From assembly GCA_964401485.1 (NCBI GenBank), contig CAYNYL010000003.1:18365-82364 (forward strand): a DNA stretch of 64,000 bases, read 5' to 3'. Made by a program: the position numbers and the translations under genes. The notes under the pieces were generated by a model. That model was not told where the DNA came from, made no database searches, and worked only from the letters and a program-made list of their open reading frames with translations. Shown here one piece after another: positions 17,787 through 27,218 of the stretch. Source of the DNA: an uncultured Gammaproteobacteria bacterium. Lineage in GTDB: Bacteria; Patescibacteriota; Patescibacteriia; UBA9934. Numbering within the stretch: the stretch's first letter is position 1; each line of letters starts with the position of its first letter.

Positions 17787-18554
17787 ATGAATCTTCTCCA
17801 AACTCTTTCGGATACCGTTGTAATGACGAAGCGTAACCTTACGCACTACCGACGCGTTCCGCTTCTTATTTTCTTCTCGACGGTGCAACCAACAATGTTC
17901 CTTCTCCTCTTTACCTTTGTTTTTGGAGGGGCTATTCAAACCGGAACAGGGTCGTACATCGCGTATCTTCTCCCAGCGATTCTTGTGCAAACGGTGATCT
18001 TTGGATCGATGAACACGGCGATTGGGCTTTCGGAAGATATGAAAATCGGACTCATCGATCGATTCCGATCGCTCCCTATGTCGCGCTTTGCGGTTCTCGC
18101 GGGACGAACGCTTGCGGACTCGGTGCGAAATATCTTTACGATGTCGATCATGATCGGGGTCGGCTACATTATCGGATTCCGTCTTGAAGTTGGGATTCAG
18201 TATCTTGCGATCGCACTCGCGAGCTCGATCTTCTTTGGATTCGCGCTTATGTGGCTTATGTGTTCGCTCGGACTCTCGACGAAGGATGGGCAGACCGCAC
18301 AAATGGCAGCGATGGTGTTCTCGTTCCCGCTCACGTTCGCGTCAAGCGCCTACGTTCCAACGGAAACAATGCCGTCGGCTCTCAAGCTCTTCGCGAACAA
18401 TAGTCCGGTTACGCATGCAACGGACGCTGCTCGAGAGCTTATTCTCACGGGTACAATGGACGGAAGTTTTACCGCGATGATGATTTGGACAACGGCGATT
18501 TTCCTCGTCTTTGCTCCGCTCGCCGTGCTCCAGTTTAAACGGATGAATCGCTAA
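17787..18554 (+). CDS. ABC-2 family transporter permease
   Basis: Six TM segments. Start re-anchored to the ATG in the TAATATG junction after the ATPase stop (the track start at 17589 overlaps the ATPase). Confidence 0.75.
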   Translation: MNLLQTLSDTVVMTKRNLTHYRRVPLLIFFSTVQPTMFLLLFTFVFGGAIQTGTGSYIAYLLPAILVQTVIFGSMNTAIGLSEDMKIGLIDRFRSLPMSRFAVLAGRTLADSVRNIFTMSIMIGVGYIIGFRLEVGIQYLAIALASSIFFGFALMWLMCSLGLSTKDGQTAQMAAMVFSFPLTFASSAYVPTETMPSALKLFANNSPVTHATDAARELILTGTMDGSFTAMMIWTTAIFLVFAPLAVLQFKRMNR

Positions 18555-18560
18555 TAAAAA

Positions 18561-18592
18561 ACCCGGGGTGTGAGCCTCGGGTTTTTTTGTTA
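18561..18592. terminator. Bidirectional intrinsic terminator (CCCGGGG-tgtga-CCTCGGG with T-run)
   Basis: 7-bp stem with one G.U pair followed by TTTTTTTG. Sits between convergent genes. Confidence 0.65.
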
Positions 18593-18596
18593 TGAG

Positions 18597-19085
18597 TTAG
18601 TTTGGCATTTCTCGATGTCCGTTTGGACGACCGTGATTGCCCTTGCCGATGAACGATCCGAGTGGGATTCCTTGTTCCTCGGCCCATGCTTTGGATTCCT
18701 CCATGTGCGTTTTCATTGCCTCGTGTCGCTCTTCTTCGTCAAGATCCTTAAGGCTTTCTCGAAACGCTTCATTCTCTTCGTGCTTTTGCTTGATCGCTTC
18801 CGCTTGTTCTGCGGTGAGCTTTCCATCTTCGACCGCGATCGCGAGACGCTCCTCGGCTTCGGCTTTCATGCTTTCCGCCATAAGGGCGCGATGCTCTTCG
18901 AATACGGCTTTTACTTCCGCTTCGTTGAGATTGAATCGCTCCGCGATCGCTGTAATTAGGTCGTTCGGGCCCCCACCCTTTGTTTCGTGCATCGCGAACG
19001 TTGTCGAAACACCGACCGCACTTGCGCTTACACCGGCGATAATCGCGGCGGCAGCCAAGATTTTCGGGGGATACTTCATACTCAC
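18597..19085 (-). CDS. Secreted helical LTXXQ-motif protein (CpxP/Spy-like periplasmic stress protein)
   Basis: N-terminal signal/TM (ILAAAAIIAGVSASAVG). LTAEQAEAIKQK carries the LTXXQ motif. Adjacent to a two-component system. Confidence 0.5.
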   Translation of the reverse strand: MSMKYPPKILAAAAIIAGVSASAVGVSTTFAMHETKGGGPNDLITAIAERFNLNEAEVKAVFEEHRALMAESMKAEAEERLAIAVEDGKLTAEQAEAIKQKHEENEAFRESLKDLDEEERHEAMKTHMEESKAWAEEQGIPLGSFIGKGNHGRPNGHREMPN

Positions 19086-19206
19086 ATGAGTTAAGAATTA
19101 AGCAATGCACGGGAGTCGTCGGGATATTTTCAGAGTGCGCGCTCCAAGAAGTCCCGAATCCGTCCTCGTCTTGCATTTAGAATGTACCTCGCGCGCCATG
19201 AAGGAA

Positions 19207-20250
19207 TTATGAAGGCTTGTGGATAGGGAGGATAATCGTGAAAATCGTGCCTTTTCCGACCTCACTTTCGACTGTAATTTCACCGTTTAGGGCGTACACG
19301 CTTTCGCTTACGATTGCGAGTCCGAGTCCGCTTCCGCCTGTCGCACGGTTATGGCTTTCGTCCGCGCGGTAGAAGCGGTCAAAGATCGACGGTAAGTCTT
19401 TTTTTGCGATTCCAATTCCGGTGTCTTTTACGGTAATGACGATCGACTTGCGTCCGGCGGTCGCGGAAAGCGTAACGCTCCCTTCTGGTTTATTATATAA
19501 AATCGCGTTTTGGATCAGGTTTGTAAGCGCTTGCGTAAGGAGTCCCGGGCGCGGTTCGAGAATAAAGAGCGATTCGTCGATCGGTTCGGACGTAAGGGCG
19601 ATCCGTTGTTTTTGTGCCACTCCTTTAAGTCGCGAGACAGAGTCTTCAACGGTTTTCGCGACGGAAGCGGGTTTGCGCGTTGTGCGTTCCTTTGCGTCTT
19701 CAAGCTTTGAAAGCACGAGAAGATTATCGACAAGCGCCGACATTCGATTTACCTCTTCGAGGTGGCTTTCAAGGCGAGATTTATCTTTGTCATCGCCCGT
19801 CAGGCTTTTTTCATGCTCGAGGCTTGTTTTTAAAATTGCGAGCGGAGTTCGGAGTTCGTGTGAGGCGTAACTCAAGAAGCGTTTTTGTTCATTGTAGGCT
19901 CGCTCGATTGGTCGCAGGGTCATTCCGGCAAACCAATAGCTCGCGATTCCGGCAATGATGAGAAGAAAGAGGTTGACGGTCGTAAGGCTTTCCATCATGT
20001 CACGCCTTACATCGCTCACGATCGGTTTAATTCGAAGCTCACCTCCGATAATGACCCCGGTCCATTCGATTTTATCGAAACGGTGGCGGACGCGGTTGAA
20101 GAAAATCGATTGTGTTGCCGAAAGAGAGATAGCAAGAATGACCGACAAAATGAAAATATAGGCGCCTGTAAGAATAAGGCGTGAAGAAACGAAGCGGTTA
20201 GGCGTCGAGCTTGTAGCCCTTGCCCCAAATGGTTTGTATGCGTTTGGCAT
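19207..20250 (-). CDS. Two-component sensor histidine kinase
   Basis: TM helices, H-box SHELRTPL, N and G boxes (NAILYN, DTGIGI, GGSGLGLAIV). Confidence 0.85.
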   Translation of the reverse strand: MPNAYKPFGARATSSTPNRFVSSRLILTGAYIFILSVILAISLSATQSIFFNRVRHRFDKIEWTGVIIGGELRIKPIVSDVRRDMMESLTTVNLFLLIIAGIASYWFAGMTLRPIERAYNEQKRFLSYASHELRTPLAILKTSLEHEKSLTGDDKDKSRLESHLEEVNRMSALVDNLLVLSKLEDAKERTTRKPASVAKTVEDSVSRLKGVAQKQRIALTSEPIDESLFILEPRPGLLTQALTNLIQNAILYNKPEGSVTLSATAGRKSIVITVKDTGIGIAKKDLPSIFDRFYRADESHNRATGGSGLGLAIVSESVYALNGEITVESEVGKGTIFTIILPIHKPS

Positions 20251-20863
20251 AGGATTTTGGCAGTTTCTTACGGAGGTTTTTTAAATGGACGTCGACGACG
20301 TTGCTAAAGGAATCGAACTCGCGGTCCCAAACATGCTCGAGAATATCTTCGCGTGTTACGACCGTTTGCTTGTTGCGAAGGAAATATTCGAGAAGGGCGA
20401 ATTCGCGGAGGGTGAGTGTCAAGGATTTTCCGTCGATCGTGACGGTTTGCGCCTTAGGATCGAGCGTTAGGTTGTCGAGGGTGAGAACGGGTGATTCAAG
20501 AAGATGTGGACGGCGGGTAAGCGACCGGAGACGGGCGGAAAGTTCTTCGAGTGAAAACGGTTTTATGAGGTAGTCGTCTCCTCCCGCATCGAGTCCTTCG
20601 ACGATATCGAGCTCATCGCTCTTTGCCGTTAAAAAGAGAATCGGTGTCGTAACGCCGTGAGCGCGTAGCGCGAGACAAATCGAGAGACCGTCCTTTCCCG
20701 GAAGCATGCGGTCGAGAATGATGACGTCGTAGGGATTGATCCGCGCGAGCGATTCGCCTTCATTTCCCTCGTACGCAATATCAACGACGTGCCCGCGGTG
20801 GCGGAGCGCTTCCGCAAGCGTTAACGCTAGCTTTTGCTCATCTTCGACGAGAAGGAGTTTCAT
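20198..20863 (-). CDS. OmpR-family response regulator
   Basis: Receiver domain (LLVEDE...DVIILDRMLPGKDG) plus a winged-helix trans_reg_C domain (TLTLREFALLEYFLRN...WG). Confidence 0.85.
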   Translation of the reverse strand: MKLLLVEDEQKLALTLAEALRHRGHVVDIAYEGNEGESLARINPYDVIILDRMLPGKDGLSICLALRAHGVTTPILFLTAKSDELDIVEGLDAGGDDYLIKPFSLEELSARLRSLTRRPHLLESPVLTLDNLTLDPKAQTVTIDGKSLTLTLREFALLEYFLRNKQTVVTREDILEHVWDREFDSFSNVVDVHLKNLRKKLPKSYAKRIQTIWGKGYKLDA

Positions 20864-20903
20864 GGGCCCATCCTAGCCGAAAATCAATGAAGAAACAATG
20901 AAG

Positions 20904-21389
20904 TTAGAAAAGAATAACGAGCGTATAGATGAGGAACGCGGTTGCGAGGAGGATGTTGATTCCCATGCCAACGACGACTGCGATCAGTGAAAATGTCGCC
21001 GATTTAAGCGCGGAGAGGTGGTGCTTCATTTGGGCGAGCTCCGCGAGAAGTACGCCGAGGAAAAGGCCGAGGAAAAGGCCGAATGGGGGAAATGAAATAA
21101 GCCCAATAATCATACCGACAAGCCCCGAGATCAGTGACGCTCTATTTGCGCCCCCAAGTTTTGCGCCGATTAGGCCCGAGGAGTAATCGACTGCGATTGA
21201 CGCGAGCGTAATACTCCCGAGCGCCAAAAGTTGCCAGCCATTAAACGTTTGGAATTTATCCGCAACAGCGTAAACGAGCGTTGAGATAAAGAGAAGGGGG
21301 ATTCCGGGCATCGTCGGGATCCAGGTCAAGAGCCAGCCGACGACAAGAATCGGGACGAGGATTGCTTCGGGAGGGATTGTTGGGAACAT
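20904..21389 (-). CDS. DUF456-family small membrane protein
   Basis: GWLLTWIPTMPGIPLLFISTLVYA and LIGAKLGG fit the DUF456 pattern. Four TM helices. Confidence 0.55.
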   Translation of the reverse strand: MFPTIPPEAILVPILVVGWLLTWIPTMPGIPLLFISTLVYAVADKFQTFNGWQLLALGSITLASIAVDYSSGLIGAKLGGANRASLISGLVGMIIGLISFPPFGLFLGLFLGVLLAELAQMKHHLSALKSATFSLIAVVVGMGINILLATAFLIYTLVILF

Positions 21390-21402
21390 AGTGGATAAAG
21401 GA

Positions 21403-21430
21403 TTGACATACCCCTAGGGGGGTGTACGAT
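21403..21430 (+). promoter_or_regulatory. csoR promoter with embedded CsoR-type operator (TACCCCTAGGGGGGTGTA)
   Basis: TTGACA -35 element, then a G/C-tract pseudo-palindrome ACCCCTAGGGGGG in the spacer, then TACGAT. Confidence 0.5.
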
Positions 21431-21437
21431 AGGGGAT

Positions 21438-21710
21438 ATGAAGAAGAAACCAACAAAGGAAGATGGAATTATTCGGCGGTTGAAGATTCTCGAGGGACAG
21501 GTACGCGGATTGCAAGAAATGGTTGCAAGTGGCGCCTACTGTGTAGACATTATCACACAAACCTCGGCTGTAAAAAGCGGACTCTCAAAGTTAGAAGATC
21601 TTCTCCTTGAGGGACATCTTGGACACTGTGTTGTCAATCAAGTCAAGCGCGGGGAAGAGGCGAAGGCGGTTGCGGAAATTCTCAAGGTCTATCAACTTAA
21701 ACGCAAATAA
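21438..21710 (+). CDS. csoR: CsoR/RcnR-family copper-sensing repressor
   Basis: LKILEGQVRGLQEMVASGAYCVDIITQTSAVKSGLSKLEDLLLEGHLGHC matches CsoR including the C-H-C ligand set. Confidence 0.85.
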   Translation: MKKKPTKEDGIIRRLKILEGQVRGLQEMVASGAYCVDIITQTSAVKSGLSKLEDLLLEGHLGHCVVNQVKRGEEAKAVAEILKVYQLKRK

Positions 21711-21711
21711 T

Positions 21712-23877
21712 ATGAAGACGAAAACGCTCGGGATCAAGGGAATGCACTGTGCTTCCTGTGTCATCACGCTCGAAAAAGCGTTGAAAAAGGTGCCTGGAGT
21801 AAAGGAGGCGCGCGTCAATTTTGCGAGTGAGAAGGCTACGGTTGAGGCGGGCGACGAGGTGGAAGATCATGCTCTTCATAGAGCAGTGACCGAGGCGGGT
21901 TACGCGATCGTTGAAGATGCTCCAAAGGGCGGTCATGTTCACGGCGTAGCGAAGGAGGATTCGCTACATTGGGCTGTTCGCATATCGATCCCGATCGTTG
22001 CGTTTACGATTGCGCTCATGGCGTATGAGATGGCGAGTCGAGCTGGCTGGGTTCCGCTCATGGGACCGAAGGTAGAGGATTTTGTCCATCACCTTCTCCC
22101 GGTTTTTGCCACCTACATGCTGTTTGCGGTTGGAGCGCCCTACTTACAGGGGCTTGCTCGGTTCGTGCGGACGGGGCGAGCGGATATGGATGCTCTTGTT
22201 GGGCTTGGAACATTGACCGCGTTTCTTTATAGCTTCTTTGTTTCGGTCTTTGTTGAGGCGGGCATGTTTTACTATGACGTAACAATCGTTGTGGTCGGGT
22301 TCATTACACTTGGAAAATATCTTGAAGCGAAATCGAAGAAGAAAACGGGAGAGGCGATGCGATCCCTTTTGACCTTGCAAGCGAAAACGGCTGTTGTGCG
22401 TCGAGATGGCGTCGAAATGACGATAGGGATTGCCGAGGTGCGAAAGGGGGATCTTGTGGTTGTTAAGCCGGGTCAGAGGATTCCGGTGGACGGTGTCGTT
22501 GCGGAAGGTGTGGCGGTTGTTGATGAGTCGACGTTGACGGGAGAGGCGATTCCTCGAGAGCGTGCGATTGGCGAAACAGTGCGGGCGGGAACGGTGTGTA
22601 CTACGACGTCCTTTGTTATGACGGCGGTTGGGCTTGGTGATGAAACGCTCCTCTCTCGGATCATCGCGCTTGTCGAATCGGCGCAGGGTTCGAAAGCACC
22701 TCTTGAAAAACTCGCGGATCGCGTTGCGTCGGTGTTTGTTCCGGCCGTGCTTGTCGTTGCCTGTATCACGTTCTTTGTTTGGCTGGGATTTGGGACGGTG
22801 GCGCAGGCGCTTACGGCGTTTGTAAGTGTCCTTGTCATTGCCTGCCCGTGCGCTCTTGGGCTTGCGGTACCAACTGCGATGATCGTCGGCGTTGGGCGTG
22901 GAGCGAAGCGTGGGATTTTGATTAAGAATGCAGAGGCGCTTGAGTCGCTCGCGAAGGTCGATGCACTTGTCTTTGATAAGACGGGAACGCTTACGGAAGG
23001 GAAGGCGGAGGTTGTTGCGGAAGCGGTATTTGCCGATTCGGAGCATGTGTATTCGACGCTTCTTGCCATTGAATCGCTTTCGGATCACCCGATTGCAGAA
23101 GCGGTCGTTCGTTACCTTGAGCCAAAGGTGGGGCACAAGTCGAAGGCGACGCATCTTGTAAACACTCCGGGCGTCGGTGTTACGGCGCGTGTTGACGGGG
23201 TTACCTATTTTGTTGGGGGATCGGCACTTCTCTCGTCTCTTGGCCTTACTGACACGGGCAGGGTTAATGGGGCGGTTGTGTACCTCGCGACCGATAAGAA
23301 TATTCTTGCGCGGTTTGTCCTAGAAGATACCGTTAAAGTCGGAGCTAAGGAGGCGATTGCGCGCCTAAAGTCGATCGGTATGCGCCTTGTTCTTGCGAGC
23401 GGGGATCGAGACGAGGTGGCGCAAGCGATTGCGACCGAGCTCGGAATTTCAGAAGTCCTTTCAAGCGTGCTTCCTGATGCAAAGGCGGAAAAAATCCGAG
23501 CGCTAAAGCATGATGGGTATCATGTTGCCATGGTCGGTGACGGAGTAAACGACGCGCCGGCACTAGCGGTCGCAGACGTTTCGATCGCAATGGCAACCGG
23601 TTCGGATATCTCGATTGAAGCGAGCGACCTCATCCTTCTTAACGGTGATATCTCGAAAATAACCGAAGCATTCACGCTTGCTCGCTCAACAAGATCGCTT
23701 ATGAAGCAAAATCTTTTTTGGGCATTTATCTACAATGTCGTTGGAATACCGATCGCTGCCGGAGTTTTGTACCCGGTTTTCGGCCTCCTTCTCTCTCCAG
23801 TTATCGCTGGGTTTGCCATGGCGCTTTCAAGCATCTCGGTAGTTCTCAATAGTTTAAGACTCAGTTATAAACGCTAG
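21712..23877 (+). CDS. copA: Copper-translocating P1B-type ATPase
   Basis: HMA domain GMHCASC, CPC motif (IACPCALG), DKTGTLT, GDGVNDAPAL. Start re-anchored to the ATG in TAATATG after the csoR stop. Confidence 0.9.
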   Translation: MKTKTLGIKGMHCASCVITLEKALKKVPGVKEARVNFASEKATVEAGDEVEDHALHRAVTEAGYAIVEDAPKGGHVHGVAKEDSLHWAVRISIPIVAFTIALMAYEMASRAGWVPLMGPKVEDFVHHLLPVFATYMLFAVGAPYLQGLARFVRTGRADMDALVGLGTLTAFLYSFFVSVFVEAGMFYYDVTIVVVGFITLGKYLEAKSKKKTGEAMRSLLTLQAKTAVVRRDGVEMTIGIAEVRKGDLVVVKPGQRIPVDGVVAEGVAVVDESTLTGEAIPRERAIGETVRAGTVCTTTSFVMTAVGLGDETLLSRIIALVESAQGSKAPLEKLADRVASVFVPAVLVVACITFFVWLGFGTVAQALTAFVSVLVIACPCALGLAVPTAMIVGVGRGAKRGILIKNAEALESLAKVDALVFDKTGTLTEGKAEVVAEAVFADSEHVYSTLLAIESLSDHPIAEAVVRYLEPKVGHKSKATHLVNTPGVGVTARVDGVTYFVGGSALLSSLGLTDTGRVNGAVVYLATDKNILARFVLEDTVKVGAKEAIARLKSIGMRLVLASGDRDEVAQAIATELGISEVLSSVLPDAKAEKIRALKHDGYHVAMVGDGVNDAPALAVADVSIAMATGSDISIEASDLILLNGDISKITEAFTLARSTRSLMKQNLFWAFIYNVVGIPIAAGVLYPVFGLLLSPVIAGFAMALSSISVVLNSLRLSYKR

Positions 23878-23878
23878 T

Positions 23879-24847
23879 ATGAAAAAAGTCCTTCCGATTC
23901 AGGGAATGCATTGCGCTTCGTGCGAGCTCGTGATTGCCGATGCGGTGCGCGAGTATCGCCCCGATCTTCTTCCAGAAGTGTCCCTTGCGCGAAAAACGCT
24001 TACAATCGAAATAGAAAGCGAGGGCGAGGTGGAGCAGGTTGAGGATCGACTTCGGTCCATTCTTGCGGATGTCGGTTACAAAATTGGAAACGGAGCGAGA
24101 AGCTCATCCGATCTCGTTGGCTCCTTTCTTCTCGCGGTCATTGTTCTCGGTCTCTTTGCGGTTCTTCAAAGAACGGGAGTGTTTGGCGGAATTTCGCTCA
24201 ATGAAATAAACTATCTTACGGCGTTCGTTGTTGGGGTCATTGCATCCTTCTCGACGTGTCTTGTTGTCGTTGGCGGGTTCGTTCTCGCGCTTTCCGCGGA
24301 AGCGTCAACGATTGGGGTAAAAACGCGTTCGATCGCTCTTTTTCATTTCAGTCGCCTCGCCTCCTTTACGGTTTTTGGCGGGCTTCTCGGGTTGATTTCA
24401 AAGTCGATCCAGCTCTCCGCGACCGGTGCGACCGTAATGCAGATTGTGGTTGCTATCGTTCTCCTCCTTCTTGGTCTCAACCTGCTTTCTGTTACGACGA
24501 AGATGATTCGCTTTCCGATCAAAATTAAACAAGCCTTTGATGGATCGCGACTTGCTGTCGGAACATTTGCTCCGATTGCCGTTGGAGCCATTACGTTCTT
24601 CCTTCCGTGTGGCTTTACGCAATCAATGCAAGTCTACACCCTAACGACGGGAAGTTTTGTTGCGGGAGCGTTAACGATGCTTGCGTTTGCGCTTGGAACA
24701 CTTCCGGTTCTTCTTGTGTTATCTTACGGTGGGTACCGGCTTGTTCAATCAAAACGTAAGGAGTTCTACTACCAAACGATCGGTTTCGTTGTTATTGGAT
24801 TTGCCCTCTTTACTCTTATAAGCGCTCTTCGCCTTTTCCTTCTATGA
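23879..24847 (+). CDS. HMA-domain protein fused to a polytopic membrane domain (DsbD/CcdA-like, Cys in TM segments)
   Basis: N-terminal GMHCASCELVIADAV, then about 6 TM helices with SFSTCLVVVGG and FFLPCGFTQS. Confidence 0.55.
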   Translation: MKKVLPIQGMHCASCELVIADAVREYRPDLLPEVSLARKTLTIEIESEGEVEQVEDRLRSILADVGYKIGNGARSSSDLVGSFLLAVIVLGLFAVLQRTGVFGGISLNEINYLTAFVVGVIASFSTCLVVVGGFVLALSAEASTIGVKTRSIALFHFSRLASFTVFGGLLGLISKSIQLSATGATVMQIVVAIVLLLLGLNLLSVTTKMIRFPIKIKQAFDGSRLAVGTFAPIAVGAITFFLPCGFTQSMQVYTLTTGSFVAGALTMLAFALGTLPVLLVLSYGGYRLVQSKRKEFYYQTIGFVVIGFALFTLISALRLFLL

Positions 24848-25230
24848 AAACAGCTCTCTATTTTGTTGCGATGATTGCAATCGTCGCTATTGCCGTGATT
24901 CTTGGAGTGCCAAAAAATCAGGTTGCCACAGATTCATCCGTTGTTATCGAAGGCGGAAAACAAACGATCTATCTTACGGCGAAAGAGGGTTATTTTCCTC
25001 AAGCTATTACCGCGACGAGCGGGCTCCCGACGACACTTGTTGTTAAAACCCGGGGCACCTATGACTGCTCCGCGAGCCTCGTCATCCCCGCGTTACGGAC
25101 ACAAATGATTCTTCCTCCAAGTGACGAAACGATTATTCCGATTCCGGACGCGCAAACCTATGGTGTGCTAGAAGGAGCCTGCAGTATGGGGATGTATCGA
25201 TTTACGATCGACTTCACGACATCATCGTAA
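24844..25230 (+). CDS. Membrane-anchored small cupredoxin-like protein (putative Cu-binding CxxxxxxxxC...CSMGM)
   Basis: N-terminal TM. YFPQAITATSGLPTTLVVKT beta-strand pattern and C-terminal CSMGMYRF. ATGA overlap with the upstream gene. Confidence 0.4.
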   Translation: MKTALYFVAMIAIVAIAVILGVPKNQVATDSSVVIEGGKQTIYLTAKEGYFPQAITATSGLPTTLVVKTRGTYDCSASLVIPALRTQMILPPSDETIIPIPDAQTYGVLEGACSMGMYRFTIDFTTSS

Positions 25231-25971
25231 GTAGCCGGCAATGACGTTTGGCACGTCGGCGGAATAGAGATCAAAGTCACCGTTTTTCCGCGCGAGGGAA
25301 AGGCCGGTTGATGGACCTCCGTCGAGATTCCCCGCAATATCAAACTCCTCTGGTTGAATCGAGAGCCACTGCGCCATCTCAAAAAGGGACGCTTCGCCAC
25401 GTTTGGTTAAGATGACATAATCCTGACCGTTCTTATCTTCGGCGAGAACTGTGCGGGAGGCGTATCGGCGAGAATCCTCGGAGATTAATGTTTCACCGTT
25501 AAAGAGGAGGGTTGGGAAGGATAGAAGCGCATCGCCCGACGGTTCTGTTTGCGGTTCTTTTGGAAGATAGGAGAGGTCGAGGCCTGTTTCGTTGACTCGC
25601 ACGAGGAAGGTGTAGCTCGCTTTATCTGCTTGTGCGGTAGGCGACGGCCACGGCGTGATCCCGGCCTTACCATTGTCATTTAAATAACCGGTCGGCTCAT
25701 CTTGCTCGTCAAAATAGGAGCCGTTAATCACAAAACTTGCGTCGAGAGCTTCCCGCCACTCCTTTACGGACTTTGGATTCTTTGGATCGTTTTCGAGCGA
25801 GAATCTTGTTGCGTAGTCGTTCAGGGGAAGGACGGTGAAGACAACCGTTCGATCACCAAATGTCATCTTTCGATGGTCGAGAGATTTTGGAAGCGCGATG
25901 AGGTAGAGGGCGAGCGCTAAAATCGGAAGGAGAAACACGAATTTTTTCATGACGTTTTCTTTAAGAGGCAA
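25222..25971 (-). CDS. Phosphodiester glycosidase family protein (DUF2233), secreted
   Basis: Signal peptide. INGSYFDE and AGNLDGGPSTGLS match the NGGFF...LDGGGS pattern. Confidence 0.6.
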   Translation of the reverse strand: MPLKENVMKKFVFLLPILALALYLIALPKSLDHRKMTFGDRTVVFTVLPLNDYATRFSLENDPKNPKSVKEWREALDASFVINGSYFDEQDEPTGYLNDNGKAGITPWPSPTAQADKASYTFLVRVNETGLDLSYLPKEPQTEPSGDALLSFPTLLFNGETLISEDSRRYASRTVLAEDKNGQDYVILTKRGEASLFEMAQWLSIQPEEFDIAGNLDGGPSTGLSLARKNGDFDLYSADVPNVIAGYLR

Positions 25972-26690
25972 ATCAGGTGTGGACGGAAAAGTCCGAGAGG
26001 GATTTTTGCGAGAAGTGCAGAGAGTTTATAGGTTCCACGGTTGAACGAAGTATACGATGGATCCGGATTTGCGCGAAGAAAGGTGACTTCAAGACCCGCT
26101 CGACGTGCAAGGCGGACAATCTTTCTTCGTGCATTTGTGCGGTAGTAAACAGGAAAGACGTCATCAGCTTCTCGGGCGTAGAGAATTCGAAGAAGCGTAT
26201 TCGCGACTGCTTGCGTCATCATTCTTCGAGCAAGAATAAGAAAGCTATTGCGATTTGGCGTGACGAAGGCAAATGTTCCACCGGGTTTTAAGACGCGTGT
26301 AATCTCACGAAGAGTTACGTCCGGTGCTTTCACATGTTCAAACACCCAAAGCGAAAGGACGAGATCGAATGTTTTGTCCGGAAAGGGGAGGAGCTCATCG
26401 TTTGAGATGACGACCTGGTTCACGGAGATGTTGCCCGTCGTTGCTTCTTTATCGACGTCGAGCCCGATCGCGTTTGAAAATGAACCCTTGAGCTCGTCAA
26501 TGACGAAGTTTCCACGGCCACAGCCGTAATCGAGTACAGTGGCGTTTTTTAGGTTAAGACGAGAGACTTGGTCTCGCAAAAGAATCATCGAGTCATCCCA
26601 ATCGGGATTCTCCGTTTTAAACAGACGTTTATATTCGAGTTGTCGACGCTCTTTTGGATGGAGGTCGGTATATTCAGAGATGTACGCCAT
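25947..26690 (-). CDS. Class I SAM-dependent methyltransferase
   Basis: VLDYGCGRGNF (motif I) and LKPGGTFAFVTPN (post-II). Confidence 0.75.
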   Translation of the reverse strand: MAYISEYTDLHPKERRQLEYKRLFKTENPDWDDSMILLRDQVSRLNLKNATVLDYGCGRGNFVIDELKGSFSNAIGLDVDKEATTGNISVNQVVISNDELLPFPDKTFDLVLSLWVFEHVKAPDVTLREITRVLKPGGTFAFVTPNRNSFLILARRMMTQAVANTLLRILYAREADDVFPVYYRTNARRKIVRLARRAGLEVTFLRANPDPSYTSFNRGTYKLSALLAKIPLGLFRPHLICLLKKTS

Positions 26691-26725
26691 ATCGGGGAGG
26701 ATAGCATTTTGCTATACTTATTCAT

Positions 26726-27181
26726 ATGGTACGTGAACTTCCCCGCGGACGCGAGGTCCAATTCGATCAAGCGGTAAAACCGTTGCCGGAGAGTGCAATT
26801 CGTCCAATCAAGGCGACGGAGCGAGTTTCGGATTACTCTGATGTTCTCGCGGAATTTGGTGGTGATCCGGGGCGCATTACGTCGATTCACGGTGGGGAAC
26901 GGAAGGCGTATCTTGAGCGTCCGAGGTCGCTTGAAGCAACGGAGCGGACGTTTATGCGGTTTCTTGAAGAGGCTTACCGAACCGGTCGAATTGAGCTTAC
27001 CCCGGCCACGCAAAGAATGCTTGAGAAGGCTGTGTTGCAAAAAAGTCAGCTTGAGGCACTTCGAACTCTGAGTGATTATGAACTTGAGAGGTACGCCGAT
27101 GAGCTCGTTGCCGTTTGGGGCCAGAAGCAAAAAATTTGGGAGCGGGCGGAGCGGAGTGAGGGGCGACTCGCGGCAAAATAA
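26726..27181 (+). CDS. Hypothetical protein (151 aa)
   Basis: ORF followed by a strong hairpin terminator. No family assigned. Confidence 0.45.
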   Translation: MVRELPRGREVQFDQAVKPLPESAIRPIKATERVSDYSDVLAEFGGDPGRITSIHGGERKAYLERPRSLEATERTFMRFLEEAYRTGRIELTPATQRMLEKAVLQKSQLEALRTLSDYELERYADELVAVWGQKQKIWERAERSEGRLAAK

Positions 27182-27185
27182 GACG

Positions 27186-27213
27186 AGGGGACCTATTCGT
27201 GGTCCCCTCGCTG
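27186..27213. terminator. Bidirectional terminator hairpin (GAGGGGACC-tattcgt-GGTCCCCTC)
   Basis: 9-bp perfect stem between convergent genes. Confidence 0.6.
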
Positions 27214-27218
27214 AGTTA

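Noticed and set aside
22144-23154. 336-aa and 198-aa minus-strand ORFs inside copA
   Set aside because: They are antisense to a well-supported P-type ATPase. Their Arg-rich low-complexity translation is typical of spurious antisense frames.
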